In this document: piece by piece, positions 9,127 to 18,900 of the stretch | How positions within the stretch are numbered: position 1 is the stretch's first letter | Layout of the letters: each line of letters starts with the position of its first letter | Source: Planctomycetaceae bacterium | GTDB taxonomy: Bacteria; Planctomycetota; Planctomycetia; Pirellulales; UBA1268 | Direction of reading: 5' to 3' | NCBI GenBank assembly: GCA_947453375.1 | Contig: CANGGT010000002.1 | Location: 1 to 60,576 of the forward strand | DNA: 60,576 nucleotides | Made by a program: the position numbers and the translations under genes | The notes under the pieces: generated by a model | Seen by the model: only the letters and a program-made list of their open reading frames with translations | What the model was told of the DNA's origin: nothing | The model's database searches: none

Positions 9127-11826
9127 TCAGTCGCCGGGTAGAAAGACCCAAAGCGCCGGTCGCCCGCAGTTGCAGTGCACGGCTCGGCCCAGCAAGCCAA
9201 GGCCTGCCGCGCTGAGAAACACGCTCGTCCGCGCCGCATCCCAGAAGCCGTGCAGGCCCAGCGAGTGTGGCCCGCGGAGACGCTGGGTGACGCTCGGCAC
9301 AGGATGGAAGATCGCTTCGACCCACGGCGGCCGATTCCGCTCGCGGTCCTGGAAATCGTCGAGCGCGGCGATCGAACTTTCCATGGTGCTGCGCGAACAG
9401 CCCGCTTCGATCACCCGCTCATCCACCTCCGTGACGCCCCGGCGGCTCGGCGTGGGCAGGAGAAGAAGCCCGAGAAACGACCACAGGGTGAACCAGAGAC
9501 TGAGGTCGACGGTGCCGGATGCCGTCCCCAGCCGATCGCGGCCCACGAGGCAGGCGGCTACCGTGATGCCGGTGAGTGTGAAGCCCAGAGCCAAGAGGCG
9601 GCCCCGCAGCCAACTCCCGGAACCGACAGCCATCGTCCGTCGCTCCAGGGCCGCTGCAAGCTGATCGGGCTCGAGCATCTCCCGCCATTTCATGGGCAGC
9701 AGATGGAGCCGCGGCACGAGCACGCCGACAATGCCGCCGGTGAATCCCTCGTCCTGGCTCTCGGCGACGAACGTCGCGACGGATGCCTCCGCGCCGGTGG
9801 AGCGTTCGTCGCTGGGAGTCACCTCGAGCGGCGCCGCGGCCGAGGCGAGCAGCAAGCGGCCACGGAGGAGCAACAGAACGAGCGCAGCACCGGCCATCAC
9901 CACGCCAACGACGCCTCCAAGCCTTCCCGCCACGAACATCGCGACCGCGGTCGAGAACAGGAGGGTGGCATGCACCGCGATTCCGCGGACCAAGCCCGCC
10001 AAATACTTTCCGAGCGGCGGATGCGCGCGTGAAAAACGCCGCGGGAGGAGGAAGCCGCCACAGAGATCCAGCGGCAATTGGATGGCAACGTAGCAAAGCA
10101 CGAATGCCAGCAGCCCGAAGATCTGCGTTGCCACGGGGGCGTCGGCCGCGGGCAGGGCCCGCCCGCTCGCGTTCACGACCAATCCCGCGGCGCTGAGCAC
10201 CACCATCGTGCCAACCGCGGAGATGCCCAGCCACAGCCGCGCCCGGCCATACCCCGGCAGCGTGTCGGCGGCGACGGCCTGCTCGGGTGGTTTCACCGAC
10301 TTCGCCCGCTGCATCGCCTCGGCCGTCTTTCGAATGCCGCGGAGCATGCCACCGAAGACGATCTCGTGGAGCGGGACGACCGTATACCAGTAGAGAATCC
10401 CGATCAGCCCCCTCGGCCAGTAGAGGGCCGTCATCTTGAGTTCCGTCGGGGATTCAGCCGAACCGTCGGCCGGCAAGATCTCGAACTCGAGCTTCGCCTC
10501 CCCGGGCAATTTCATCTCCGCCCGGAGCGAGAGCGAACGGTCGCGATCGATGCCGACCACCCTCCAGAAATCGAGCGTTTCGCCAAACTCGACATTTTCC
10601 GGATGCCGCCGACCACGGCGCAGCCCCGGCCCACCGACAAGCGTGTCCATCCAGCCCCGCAGTCGCCAGAGCATGTCGCCGGCATACCAGCCATTCCCGC
10701 CGCCAATTCGACAGACGGCGGCAAACACACTCTGCGGATCGGCGTCGATTTCCACCGACCGGCGGTCGGAGAAGACGGTGCCACCAGCCCACGAAGGGTC
10801 GCCCGGGATCGGGCCGGCCACGCTCCACCTCGTCTCCACCGCCCCGGCCTCGACCTTCCGCAGCGCCCTCGTGATCGCCTCCCGAGCCCCGAGCGCCGCG
10901 TGAGGCATGAGCCGCTGGGCATCGTCATTGGTGAGAACGACCCGGTTTCTCAAGCCTTCGGCCAGGGGTCGTGCAATCCGATACGACACGGGCGTGACGA
11001 GGTTGATCCACAGCGAGCTCAATCGCGGCGTGAGCACCGGCACCGGCATGATGAGCCGCCGCGGAAGGTGAAGCTCCTCGGCCATGATTTGCATCAACTG
11101 CCGATAGGGAAAGACGTCCGGACCACCGATCTCGAGCGCACATCCGACTGACTCGGGCACCTCGAGACAGCGGACAAGCCAGTGGAGGACGTCCTCGATG
11201 GCAACCGGCTGGCATTCCGTCTTCACCCAGCGCGGAGTGACCATCACGGGCAGCCGCTCGACGAGGTAGAGGAGAATCTCGAAGGAGGCCGATCCGGCGC
11301 CGATGATCATCGCGGCACGAAAGGTTGTCACCGGCACGTTGGTGGCGGCGAGTTCCCGCTCGACTTCGCGGCGCGAGCGGAGGTGGACGCTCAGGTCGGG
11401 GCCCATTTCGCCGAGGCCGCCCAGGTAGACGATCCTCGACACCCCGGCTCGGGCGGCAGCGCGGGCGAAGGAAGCGGCCAGCGTCCGATCGCGAGCGGCG
11501 TATTCACCACCCGTCGACTCCATGGAATGGACGAGGTAGTAGGCGACCGAGGCTCCGGCCATCTGATCGGCGAGAGCATCCTCCGAGGAGACGTCACCGG
11601 CGACGACCTCAACGGCCGGGTGCGATCGCCACGGTTTTTGATCGAGCTTCCGGGGAGCCCGAACGAGACATCGAACGACATAGCCTGCCTCGAGAAGGGC
11701 AGGCACGAGCCTCCCCCCGACATACCCTGTCGCCCCGGTGACAAAAACGGTCTCATGCCGGCGTTGGAGGCTCATCGGAGACACACGGGTGGGCCCTTTC
11801 CGCTGGTCAAACGATCTGGAGGCCAT
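9127..11826 (-). CDS. fusion protein: NAD(P)-binding SDR/NmrA-like domain + DUF2867 + polytopic membrane domain resembling a degenerate M48 peptidase
   Basis: 899-aa ORF. Rossmann motif VFVTGATGYVGGRLVPALLEAGY. The mid region is typical of DUF2867 partners (WYAGDMLWRLRGWMDTLVGGPGLRRGRR). The C-terminal roughly 400 aa has multiple TM helices and M48-like remnants (DEGFTGGI ; IFHPVPSVTQRL). An alternative start is ATG 11775 (MSLQRRHE). Confidence 0.7.
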   Translation of the reverse strand: MASRSFDQRKGPTRVSPMSLQRRHETVFVTGATGYVGGRLVPALLEAGYVVRCLVRAPRKLDQKPWRSHPAVEVVAGDVSSEDALADQMAGASVAYYLVHSMESTGGEYAARDRTLAASFARAAARAGVSRIVYLGGLGEMGPDLSVHLRSRREVERELAATNVPVTTFRAAMIIGAGSASFEILLYLVERLPVMVTPRWVKTECQPVAIEDVLHWLVRCLEVPESVGCALEIGGPDVFPYRQLMQIMAEELHLPRRLIMPVPVLTPRLSSLWINLVTPVSYRIARPLAEGLRNRVVLTNDDAQRLMPHAALGAREAITRALRKVEAGAVETRWSVAGPIPGDPSWAGGTVFSDRRSVEIDADPQSVFAAVCRIGGGNGWYAGDMLWRLRGWMDTLVGGPGLRRGRRHPENVEFGETLDFWRVVGIDRDRSLSLRAEMKLPGEAKLEFEILPADGSAESPTELKMTALYWPRGLIGILYWYTVVPLHEIVFGGMLRGIRKTAEAMQRAKSVKPPEQAVAADTLPGYGRARLWLGISAVGTMVVLSAAGLVVNASGRALPAADAPVATQIFGLLAFVLCYVAIQLPLDLCGGFLLPRRFSRAHPPLGKYLAGLVRGIAVHATLLFSTAVAMFVAGRLGGVVGVVMAGAALVLLLLRGRLLLASAAAPLEVTPSDERSTGAEASVATFVAESQDEGFTGGIVGVLVPRLHLLPMKWREMLEPDQLAAALERRTMAVGSGSWLRGRLLALGFTLTGITVAACLVGRDRLGTASGTVDLSLWFTLWSFLGLLLLPTPSRRGVTEVDERVIEAGCSRSTMESSIAALDDFQDRERNRPPWVEAIFHPVPSVTQRLRGPHSLGLHGFWDAARTSVFLSAAGLGLLGRAVHCNCGRPALWVFLPGD

Positions 11827-11893
11827 AGAGTGATGGCACGTCGAATGCTGTCTGAGCAGGACGCGTAGGACTCTCCTCTAGGAACCGCACGCC

Positions 11894-12094
11894 ATGGCGA
11901 ATGACAACCAACTCGACTGGTCTGACCTTGCGATCGGGCTCTACGACCGTCTGACAGGCCGGAAGGCCGAGATCTCGTATGAGTTCGACAACATGCATGT
12001 GAAAATCCCCAGCGGCACCGGTCCTTCGGCCACGCATGCCGAGTGGATCCTTCACGGCACCGTGAAGATCCGCACCCGCGACCTGGGCACTTGA
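11894..12094 (+). CDS. small hypothetical protein (66 aa)
   Basis: ATG start. About 80% G/C at third codon positions by hand count. Its stop is 1 nt before the next ATG. I recognise no family. Confidence 0.5.
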   Translation: MANDNQLDWSDLAIGLYDRLTGRKAEISYEFDNMHVKIPSGTGPSATHAEWILHGTVKIRTRDLGT

Positions 12095-12095
12095 A

Positions 12096-12407
12096 ATGTC
12101 CCCCCAGGCAGATCGCGGTCCGACTCCGATGGCTGCCCTGCAGATCGAAGGCAGCCTCAGTGGCAGCTGTGACGGCCGTCCGATCACGCTCACCGCCGAT
12201 GCAAGAGGGATTTGTCTCACGGTGGACTCCGTTCGTTCGGCGTGGCGACTGCGCCGGCAACTGCCAGCCCTCCAGGGCTTGTTCGGGGCACTCGGTCGTG
12301 GGAAGGTCCCGATCCGGCTGAGGATCGGCGCGATCGGAGAGTTTTCCGTCCCCGCGATACCGAATTGGATGCCTGGGTGGACCTTGCGTTTGGCCGGGCT
12401 TCGGTAA
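12096..12407 (+). CDS. small hypothetical protein (103 aa), translationally coupled to the preceding ORF
   Basis: The ATG lies 1 nt after the upstream TGA (tgaAatg). Third-position bias is coding-like. I recognise no family. Confidence 0.45.
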   Translation: MSPQADRGPTPMAALQIEGSLSGSCDGRPITLTADARGICLTVDSVRSAWRLRRQLPALQGLFGALGRGKVPIRLRIGAIGEFSVPAIPNWMPGWTLRLAGLR

Positions 12408-12570
12408 GCTCGTCCTCCGGAAAGACCCCCAAGGCGACTCGCGGACACAGCCGTTGGGCCGTATGTCCCGATCGGATGTCCGGAGGAAGTCCCGGAGGGT
12501 CGGCAGCGGGCGACGTCGGATTCACCGGCAACGGGCGCGCTGTCCTCAGCCCGCGTCCAAGGAGTGAGCG

Positions 12571-13539
12571 ATGGTGGATCGAGCGTCGATGCGGCTTTCG
12601 ATGGTCGTCAATCCACCGACCGACCGGCACCTCGAGTGGGCCGCGCAGGTCGGCGTCAGCGACATCGTCATTCCTTATCCAGGGCTCGACCCGGCGGCGC
12701 TGGCCGCCACCTGCCGGCGGATCGCCTCCTTCGGGATGCGTTGCACGCATGTCGAGCGGAAACTCCCCCACCTCGGACTCGTCCACGGTCTCCCCAACCG
12801 CGACGAGCAGGTAGCGGGGATCAAGACACTTCTTCGCCACATGGCTGAGCAGGGGATGGAAGTGCTCTGTTACAACTGGATGCCCGACGAGGACTGGCAG
12901 CGGACGAGCGCCGTCGCCCCGGCCCGTGGCGGCGCGAAGGCGACCGCCTTCCGGCTCGCCGACATCGGCGCTTCTTCCCGGCCGACGGTCACCGATGCCG
13001 ACGGCCTTCCATCAGTACGAACATCCGCTGAAAAGCTCTGGGAGCATCTCCACCGCTTTCTCGACGAAGTCGTGCCGGTGGCGGAGGCGTGCGGGATCCG
13101 GCTCGCGCTCCATCCCGACGATCCGCCGCTCGACGAGTTTGCCGGCCAGCCGCGGATCATGCATACGAACGCCGCGCTGCTGCGGGCCACACAGATCGTT
13201 CCCTCGCGCGCCAACGCCATCTGCTACTGCGTCGGCTCGCTCCATCCGGCAGGGGAGGACGTGATCGCCGGGATCACAGCCCTCGGCGACAAGATCGCCT
13301 TCGTTCACGCCCGCAACGTCCGCGGCACGGCCGCCGACTTCATGGAGACCTGGCACGACGACGGCGACATCGACATGCCGGCGGTGTTCCGGGCGCTGAA
13401 ATCCATCGGCTACGCCGGCACCGTCCGCCCCGACCACGCCCCGAGCATGTCGGGCGAGAGCAACGACACCCCCGGCTACGAAATGCTCGGCCGCCTCTTC
13501 GCCGCTGGCTATCTCAAGGGGCTCTTTGACGCGGCGTGA
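12571..13539 (+). CDS. uxuA: mannonate dehydratase (UxuA)-like TIM-barrel protein
   Basis: ATG preceded by AAGGAG (12559..12564). 322 aa. UxuA-like strings: LCYNWMPDEDWQRTS, LALHPDDPP and FVHARNVRG...FMETWHDDGDIDM. Confidence 0.6.
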   Translation: MVDRASMRLSMVVNPPTDRHLEWAAQVGVSDIVIPYPGLDPAALAATCRRIASFGMRCTHVERKLPHLGLVHGLPNRDEQVAGIKTLLRHMAEQGMEVLCYNWMPDEDWQRTSAVAPARGGAKATAFRLADIGASSRPTVTDADGLPSVRTSAEKLWEHLHRFLDEVVPVAEACGIRLALHPDDPPLDEFAGQPRIMHTNAALLRATQIVPSRANAICYCVGSLHPAGEDVIAGITALGDKIAFVHARNVRGTAADFMETWHDDGDIDMPAVFRALKSIGYAGTVRPDHAPSMSGESNDTPGYEMLGRLFAAGYLKGLFDAA

Positions 13540-13582
13540 GAAAGCAAGGCAGACGGGTGGGTGAGCCCTCGGGTCTGGGTGG

Positions 13583-14419
13583 TTGGATGACGATCGCTCG
13601 GCGGCCGGAGGGACACTCGTGGGGCAGAAACGAAAAAGCACCCCTGGGCCGTACTTACTGCACCTCGAGGTGCTCCGCGATCGGATCGCTGACGCCGAGC
13701 GGTATCCGTTCAACCTCCCCGCTGTCCGGGCCTTGAGCGTGCTGCCGTTCCACCCGCAGGTCACGTTCCTCGTTGGCGAGAATGGCGCCGGCAAGTCGAC
13801 GCTCCTCGAGGCGATCGCCGTCGCCTCCGGGCTCAACGCCGAAGGGGGGAGCGTGAACTTCACCTTCGCCACCCGGGCGAGCCACTCCCCGCTCGGCGAA
13901 TGCATCCGACTGGCGAAGGCGCTGACGAGGCCTCGCGACAGCTACTTCCTCCGGGCCGAGACGTTTTACAACGTGGCGACCGAGATCGAACGGCTCGATC
14001 AGGGGCCGGGGGGCCCGCCGATCATCGACGGCTACGGCGGCAGGTCGCTCCATGAGCAGTCGCACGGGGAGTCGTTCTTCTCGCTGTTCAAGAATCGATT
14101 CCGGGACAACGGCCTCTACCTGCTCGACGAACCCGAGGCGGCGCTGTAGCCCACGCGACAGGTCGAGTTTCTCGTGCTGATGCACGACTCCATCCGCCGG
14201 GGCTGCCAGTTCGTGATCGCCACCCATTCGCCGATCATCCTGGCCTACCCCGACGCGCGGATCCATCTCCTCGACCGGCAGGGGATTCGCGACGTCGCCT
14301 ACACCGACACCGAGCACTATCAGGTCACGCGGCGCTTCCTGAGCAATCCCAAGCGTGCGCTCGAGGCACTCCTCGGCGAAGAGCTCGAGGTCGACTCGAG
14401 CGCTGGAGGAGACTCGTGA
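13583..14419 (+). pseudogene. COG3910-type AAA/ABC-like ATPase interrupted by a single in-frame TAG (14147..14149)
   Basis: Track ORFs 13583..14149 and 14174..14419 are in the same frame. Walker A is GENGAGKST. The Walker B LLDEPEAAL is followed directly by TAG, and the frame then continues PTRQVEFLVLMH...VIATHSPIIL (H-loop). The start is uncertain: TTG 13583 or GTG 13619. Confidence 0.7.
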
Positions 14420-14483
14420 GCGCGGCCAGTGGTGGGGATCCTCTGCTGGCTACGAGGTGCTGACCGCAGCCGATCCACAAGCC

Positions 14484-14512
14484 TTGAAGCAGGAGGGACC
14501 GGCGGTTATACT
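14484..14512 (+). promoter_or_regulatory. sigma70-type promoter TTGAAG-N17-TATACT for the antitoxin/toxin pair (apparently leaderless)
   Basis: TTGAAG at 14484..14489, a 17-nt spacer, and TATACT at 14507..14512. The antitoxin ATG (14519) lies 6 nt after the -10 box. Confidence 0.5.
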
Positions 14513-14518
14513 TTCGGT

Positions 14519-14755
14519 ATGAAAACAGCTGTCTCGATCCCCGACGACGTCTTCGCGGACGCGGAACGATTGGCGTCGCGACTGCAAATCTCTCGCAGCA
14601 AAATGTATGCCCGGGCGCTCGCCGAGTTCGTCGCACGGCATGATGATGACCGCGTCACGGCCCTGATGGATCAAGCCGTCCGCGAGGCTGGAAGCGAGGA
14701 TGCCACCTTCCTGCAAGCGGCCGCAAAGCAAGCGGTTCGTCGCGCCGAATGGTAA
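14519..14755 (+). CDS. ribbon-helix-helix (CopG/MazE-type) antitoxin
   Basis: Track ORF 14429..14755 trimmed to ATG 14519. MKTAVSIPDDVFADAERLASRLQISRSKMYARALAEFV is a typical RHH N-terminus. Overlaps the toxin start by 7 nt (ATGGTAA). Confidence 0.75.
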   Translation: MKTAVSIPDDVFADAERLASRLQISRSKMYARALAEFVARHDDDRVTALMDQAVREAGSEDATFLQAAAKQAVRRAEW

Positions 14756-15093
14756 TCGCTCAAGGCGAAGTCTGGTGGGCTGATCTCGCTGAGCCAATTG
14801 GCTCGAGCCCGGGCTACCGTCGGCCGGTGGTCGTCCTCCAGTCAGACGCGCTCAACCGCAGCCAGATCGCCACGGTCGTCTGTGTTGTCTTGACGAGCAA
14901 TCTGCGCTGGTCGATCGCCCCTGGCAATGTCTTGCTCACGGCGAAGCAGACCGGACTCGACCGCGATTCCGTCGCCAATGTCACGCAACTGGTGACGATC
15001 GACAAGCGGCAACTCAGCGAGCGCGTCGGGCGACTCCCGAAGCGACCGATGGAGGGGATCTTTTCCGGAATCGATCTCATCCTGGGCCGATAG
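14749..15093 (+). CDS. type II toxin, MazF/PemK family endoribonuclease
   Basis: 114 aa. GEVWWADLAEPIGSSPGYRRPVVVLQSDALN...VVCVVLTSN...VTQLVTIDKRQL matches the PemK/MazF pattern. Confidence 0.8.
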   Translation: MVIAQGEVWWADLAEPIGSSPGYRRPVVVLQSDALNRSQIATVVCVVLTSNLRWSIAPGNVLLTAKQTGLDRDSVANVTQLVTIDKRQLSERVGRLPKRPMEGIFSGIDLILGR

Positions 15094-15203
15094 GACGCCT
15101 CTCGATAAACCGCATCACGCTGCCGACTCTCCATCACGCTGCGCCGTGTGATTCGCCCATGGCCGCGAGCCGCTGATCGCTGCCGTCTCTCGATCCCCAC
15201 ACC

Positions 15204-15644
15204 ATGCCCCAGCCCTTGCTGAATGCGATCGTGATGCTGATGCTTGCCCCCTTCACTTCGATGGCGGTGGGGATCGCCGTCGGGGCCGTGTGGAGGTTTC
15301 ACTGGCTGGGATTGGCTGTTGGCCTCAACGCGTTGACGGTGTTGATTCCCCTCACCGTCACAGGCTATGGCAGGGCTTGGGCATTCTTGCTTGCTAGTTC
15401 TGGAATCGCGGCGGCAGTGACCTCCTGCACGTGCAGGCAGTCTTATGGCTTGGTTCGGTCTTGGCTCATCGGCACATCGAGTGCGGCTTGGCTCATCATC
15501 GCCTTGGTGGCATTGTTTTTATTCGACCCTCATGGTGGCCCCTCTCGTACGATCCCGTGGTCGCCAATGGCCGGTTTTCTGCTGTTCGGCGCCTTGGGTG
15601 CGACCATCGCGTGCGCCGTTTCAGCTGTTCTTCGGCATGACTGA
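15204..15644 (+). CDS. hypothetical 4-TM membrane protein
   Basis: 146 aa with four clear hydrophobic segments. Lies in the lower-G+C stretch downstream of mazF. I recognise no family. Confidence 0.5.
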   Translation: MPQPLLNAIVMLMLAPFTSMAVGIAVGAVWRFHWLGLAVGLNALTVLIPLTVTGYGRAWAFLLASSGIAAAVTSCTCRQSYGLVRSWLIGTSSAAWLIIALVALFLFDPHGGPSRTIPWSPMAGFLLFGALGATIACAVSAVLRHD

Positions 15645-15944
15645 GCAGAGGATCCAAAGCGCCGCACAGATCGGCTGACCGGGTTTGATCTCCCACTCCA
15701 CGGGAGCTGAGGAGCAAGGAGTCGCCCGGGACCCGCCGGTGAAAGAACCGGCCCGCCACGGCGACGGCCGAGCCCCGCCGCGCGTACACTTCCCCTCGAG
15801 CGGCGGAGGGGGTGAAACGCCTTCGCCTCTGCCGCGTGTTCCCCCGGGGCATTCCATGGCCAGTTGTTGTCGCCGTCGCTTTGCGCCGCATCGCTGGCCT
15901 GTCCCGCCAATCCCAAGACGTCTCGTCCTCCGGAGCCTGCTGCC

Positions 15945-18900
15945 GTGCCCCGTTTGCCACGTGTCGCCCCGGTTCTCGCCGGGCTTTTGGTGCTTCTCGG
16001 CGGGGCCTTGGTCATGAATCCCCCCGGCCGCTCCGCCGAGCCCCCTGCCCCCAACCGTGCCCGCGAAGGGCAGTGGGTGACGGTGCAACGGGCGCTCGAC
16101 GAAGGAAAACCAAAATCGGCCCTCGAGGCGCTTGCGGGGATCGAGCAAGGGGCGATCGCCGCGAAGGCTTGGGACGAAGCGGCACGGGCGATCGCCACGC
16201 GCGTTCACGCCGACACCGGCGACCGTCCCCCCGAAGATCCCGAGCGTCTCGTCCGCCTCGAAGCGGCGCTTCAACGAGCTCCCGACGAGGTCAAGCCGGT
16301 CCTCGAGGCGATCCTCGCCAACTGGACCTGGGGATTTTTCCAAAACAATCAATGGCGCTTCGCGCAGCGGACAGGCGGGGCCACCGGTGGCGTGAACGAA
16401 GCAGGGAAGGCCGTCGAGGGGCTCGCGGGCATCGCCTCCTGGGATCTTCCCAGGATCGTCGCCGAAGTCCGCCGCCGGTTCACGGCCGCGCTCGATCCAG
16501 CCGAACGGCTCCGGGCCCTGCCGGTGGGAGAGTGGAACCAGATCCTCGAGAAGGGCGGGATGCCCGATGCCTGGCGACCGACGGTGTGGGATGTCGTCGC
16601 CCACGACGCCCTCGGCTTCGCCGCGTCGGGCGTGCGGGGACTTGCCGACCCCGAGGATCTGTTCGAGTTCGAGATCGATTCCCCCGCCCTCGGCACACGC
16701 GCCGAGTTTTTAGCTTGGCGGCCGGAGGAGGCCACGACCGACACCGATTCCCCGCTCCTGGGCGAGCTGCGGCTCTTCCGCCGTCTCCTCGAGGCCCACG
16801 CTGGCGACGCCGATCGCACGCCGCTGTTGGCCGCCGACCTCGATCGGATCGATCGGGCGAGCGCCAGCGCGATTTCTCCCGGCGGCGATGAGGATCGCAA
16901 CGCCCGCACGACCAAGGCCCTCGAAGCCCTGCTCGCAGACTGCGGCGAGAACGAAGTCGCGGCGATGGTCCGGCACCGGCTGGCGGGTGTGGTGCGCCAA
17001 AGCAACGATGACGACGCCGTGGTGAAGGCCCGGGCGATCGCCGCCGCAGGCGCTGCTTCCCATCCTGAATCCGCCGGGGGGAAGCTCTGCAAAAATCTCG
17101 TCGCCGAGATCGATGGCAAGACGCTTGAGCTGTTCACCGAGCGCACGTGGACAGCCCCCTGGCCGGTGATCCGGGCGCGCTCCAAAAATCTCGCGAAGCT
17201 TCACGTCCGAATCGTGAAAGCCGATTGGCTCGCCCGTCTCCGCGACGGCAAGCCGCAATGGCAGTGGCTCGATGACGGCGACCGGGCAAAGCTCGTCGCC
17301 GCGAAGCCCCTCAAGGCCTTCGCCGTCGACCTCCCCGCCACGGACAACCTCCGCGACCACACCCACGACATCAAGGCGCCGGAGGATCTCTCCCCCGGCG
17401 CGTACTGGGTGCTCGCGAGCGCCGACGCAGACTTTGGGTCCAACGACAACGTCGTGGCCACGGCGCTCGTGTGGGTGAGCCGCCTGGCGGTGGTCCAGCG
17501 CACGAACGTTTACCCCGGTGCCGGCGGCCCGCTGGCTGGCCATGTCGTCGACAGCGCCAGCGGCCTGCCCTTGGCCGGCGTCACGGTGCAGGCCTTCGTG
17601 CGTGCCCAGGCCGGCAACCCCGCGCCGTTCGAGCCGGCCGGCAAGGCGACGACCGACGCCAACGGTTTTTACGAGCTTGCCATCGAGCCACAGCGTGAGA
17701 CGCTCCTCCAGTTCTCGGCGACGCTCGACGGTGCCCTCCACGAGATCGCCTCCGACCCGCTTTCGATCTGGCACCAAGAGCAGCCGCAACAGCTTGCGAG
17801 CTTCGTCCTCATGGCCGACCGCGGCATCCATCGCCCCGGGCAGATCGTCCGCTACAAGGGGATCCTCGCCCATGCCGATCGGGCCAAGCGCGACTACCGG
17901 GCACTGGCCGACCGCGAGGTGAGCGTGACGTTCCGCGATTCCAATGGCCGCGAGCTTTCCCGGCAGCCGCAGAAAACGAATCGCCATGGTTCGTTCCACG
18001 GTGAGTTCGCCATTCCCACAGGCGCTCTGCCGGGTCAATGGACCATCATCGCCGAGGGGGAGGGGGCGACCGGTCTCCTCGGGCTGCGTGTCGAGGAGTA
18101 CAAACGGCCGAAGTTCAAAGTCGAGCTCGCCGCGCCGCGAAACCCCGTCGTCCTCGACAAGGCCGTGTCCCTCGTCGGCACCGCCACCACCTACACCGGC
18201 CTGCCGGTGGCCGGCGCGAAGGTTCGCTACCGCGTCGAGCGGCAGATGCGGTTTCCCCCCTGGTGTCGCTGGTTCTTCCCCTGGATCCCGTTTGACGCGG
18301 GCCCGGCCCGGATTCTGCGGGGCAGCGTCACGACCGATGCCGACGGACACTTCGCGGTGGAGTTTCCAGCAAAGCCCGATCGGGGCGTGCCGGCCGAGAG
18401 CCTGCCGGTGTTCACCTACCGGGTGATCGCCGACGTCACCGATCCCGCTGGCGAGACGCGCTCCGCCGACCGGGCCGTCCGCGCCGGCTACGCGCCGCTC
18501 CAGGCGGACGTGAAGGCCGACGCCTGGCAAACGACCGGCCCGGATGGCGCGCCGGCGGAAGTGACGCTCACCGTCACGACGGAGTCGCTCGACGACGAGC
18601 CGCGCGCGGCCACCGGCACGCTCACGATCCATCGCCTCATCCAGCCGGAGCGGCCGCTCCGCGGCGACCTCCTCGAGCCCTTCGCCTCGGTCCTCCCGCG
18701 CCCCGCCGCTCGCCCTCTCCCCGGGGGCAAGCGCGGAGCGAAGCCAGGGCGGCTGCCAGCGCGCCCTCCCAGCCTCGATCCGAATGATCCCGAAGGCTGG
18801 GAGAGCGGCGAGGAAGTCTTCAACGCCGAAGACACCACCGACGGCGTCACCGGCAAGGCGGTGGCGAAGGTCAAGCTCCCCCCCGGCATCTACCGGGCGG

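Noticed and set aside
12212-12840. Overlapping 200-aa (+) and 207-aa (-) ORFs across the 12408..12570 spacer
   Set aside because: They overlap the small-ORF pair and the uxuA-like gene out of frame or antisense, and their composition is typical of non-coding frames.
14147-14149. TAG as programmed recoding (pyrrolysine or read-through)
   Set aside because: No pyl genes or recoding signals are visible. One sense-to-TAG change in an otherwise intact frame is more simply a nonsense mutation or a sequencing error.
16941-16952. CGEN tetrapeptide in the A2M homolog as a possible thioester
   Set aside because: It is Cys-Gly-Glu-Asn, not CxEQ. It also lies in the N-terminal helical extension, far from the TED-like domain.
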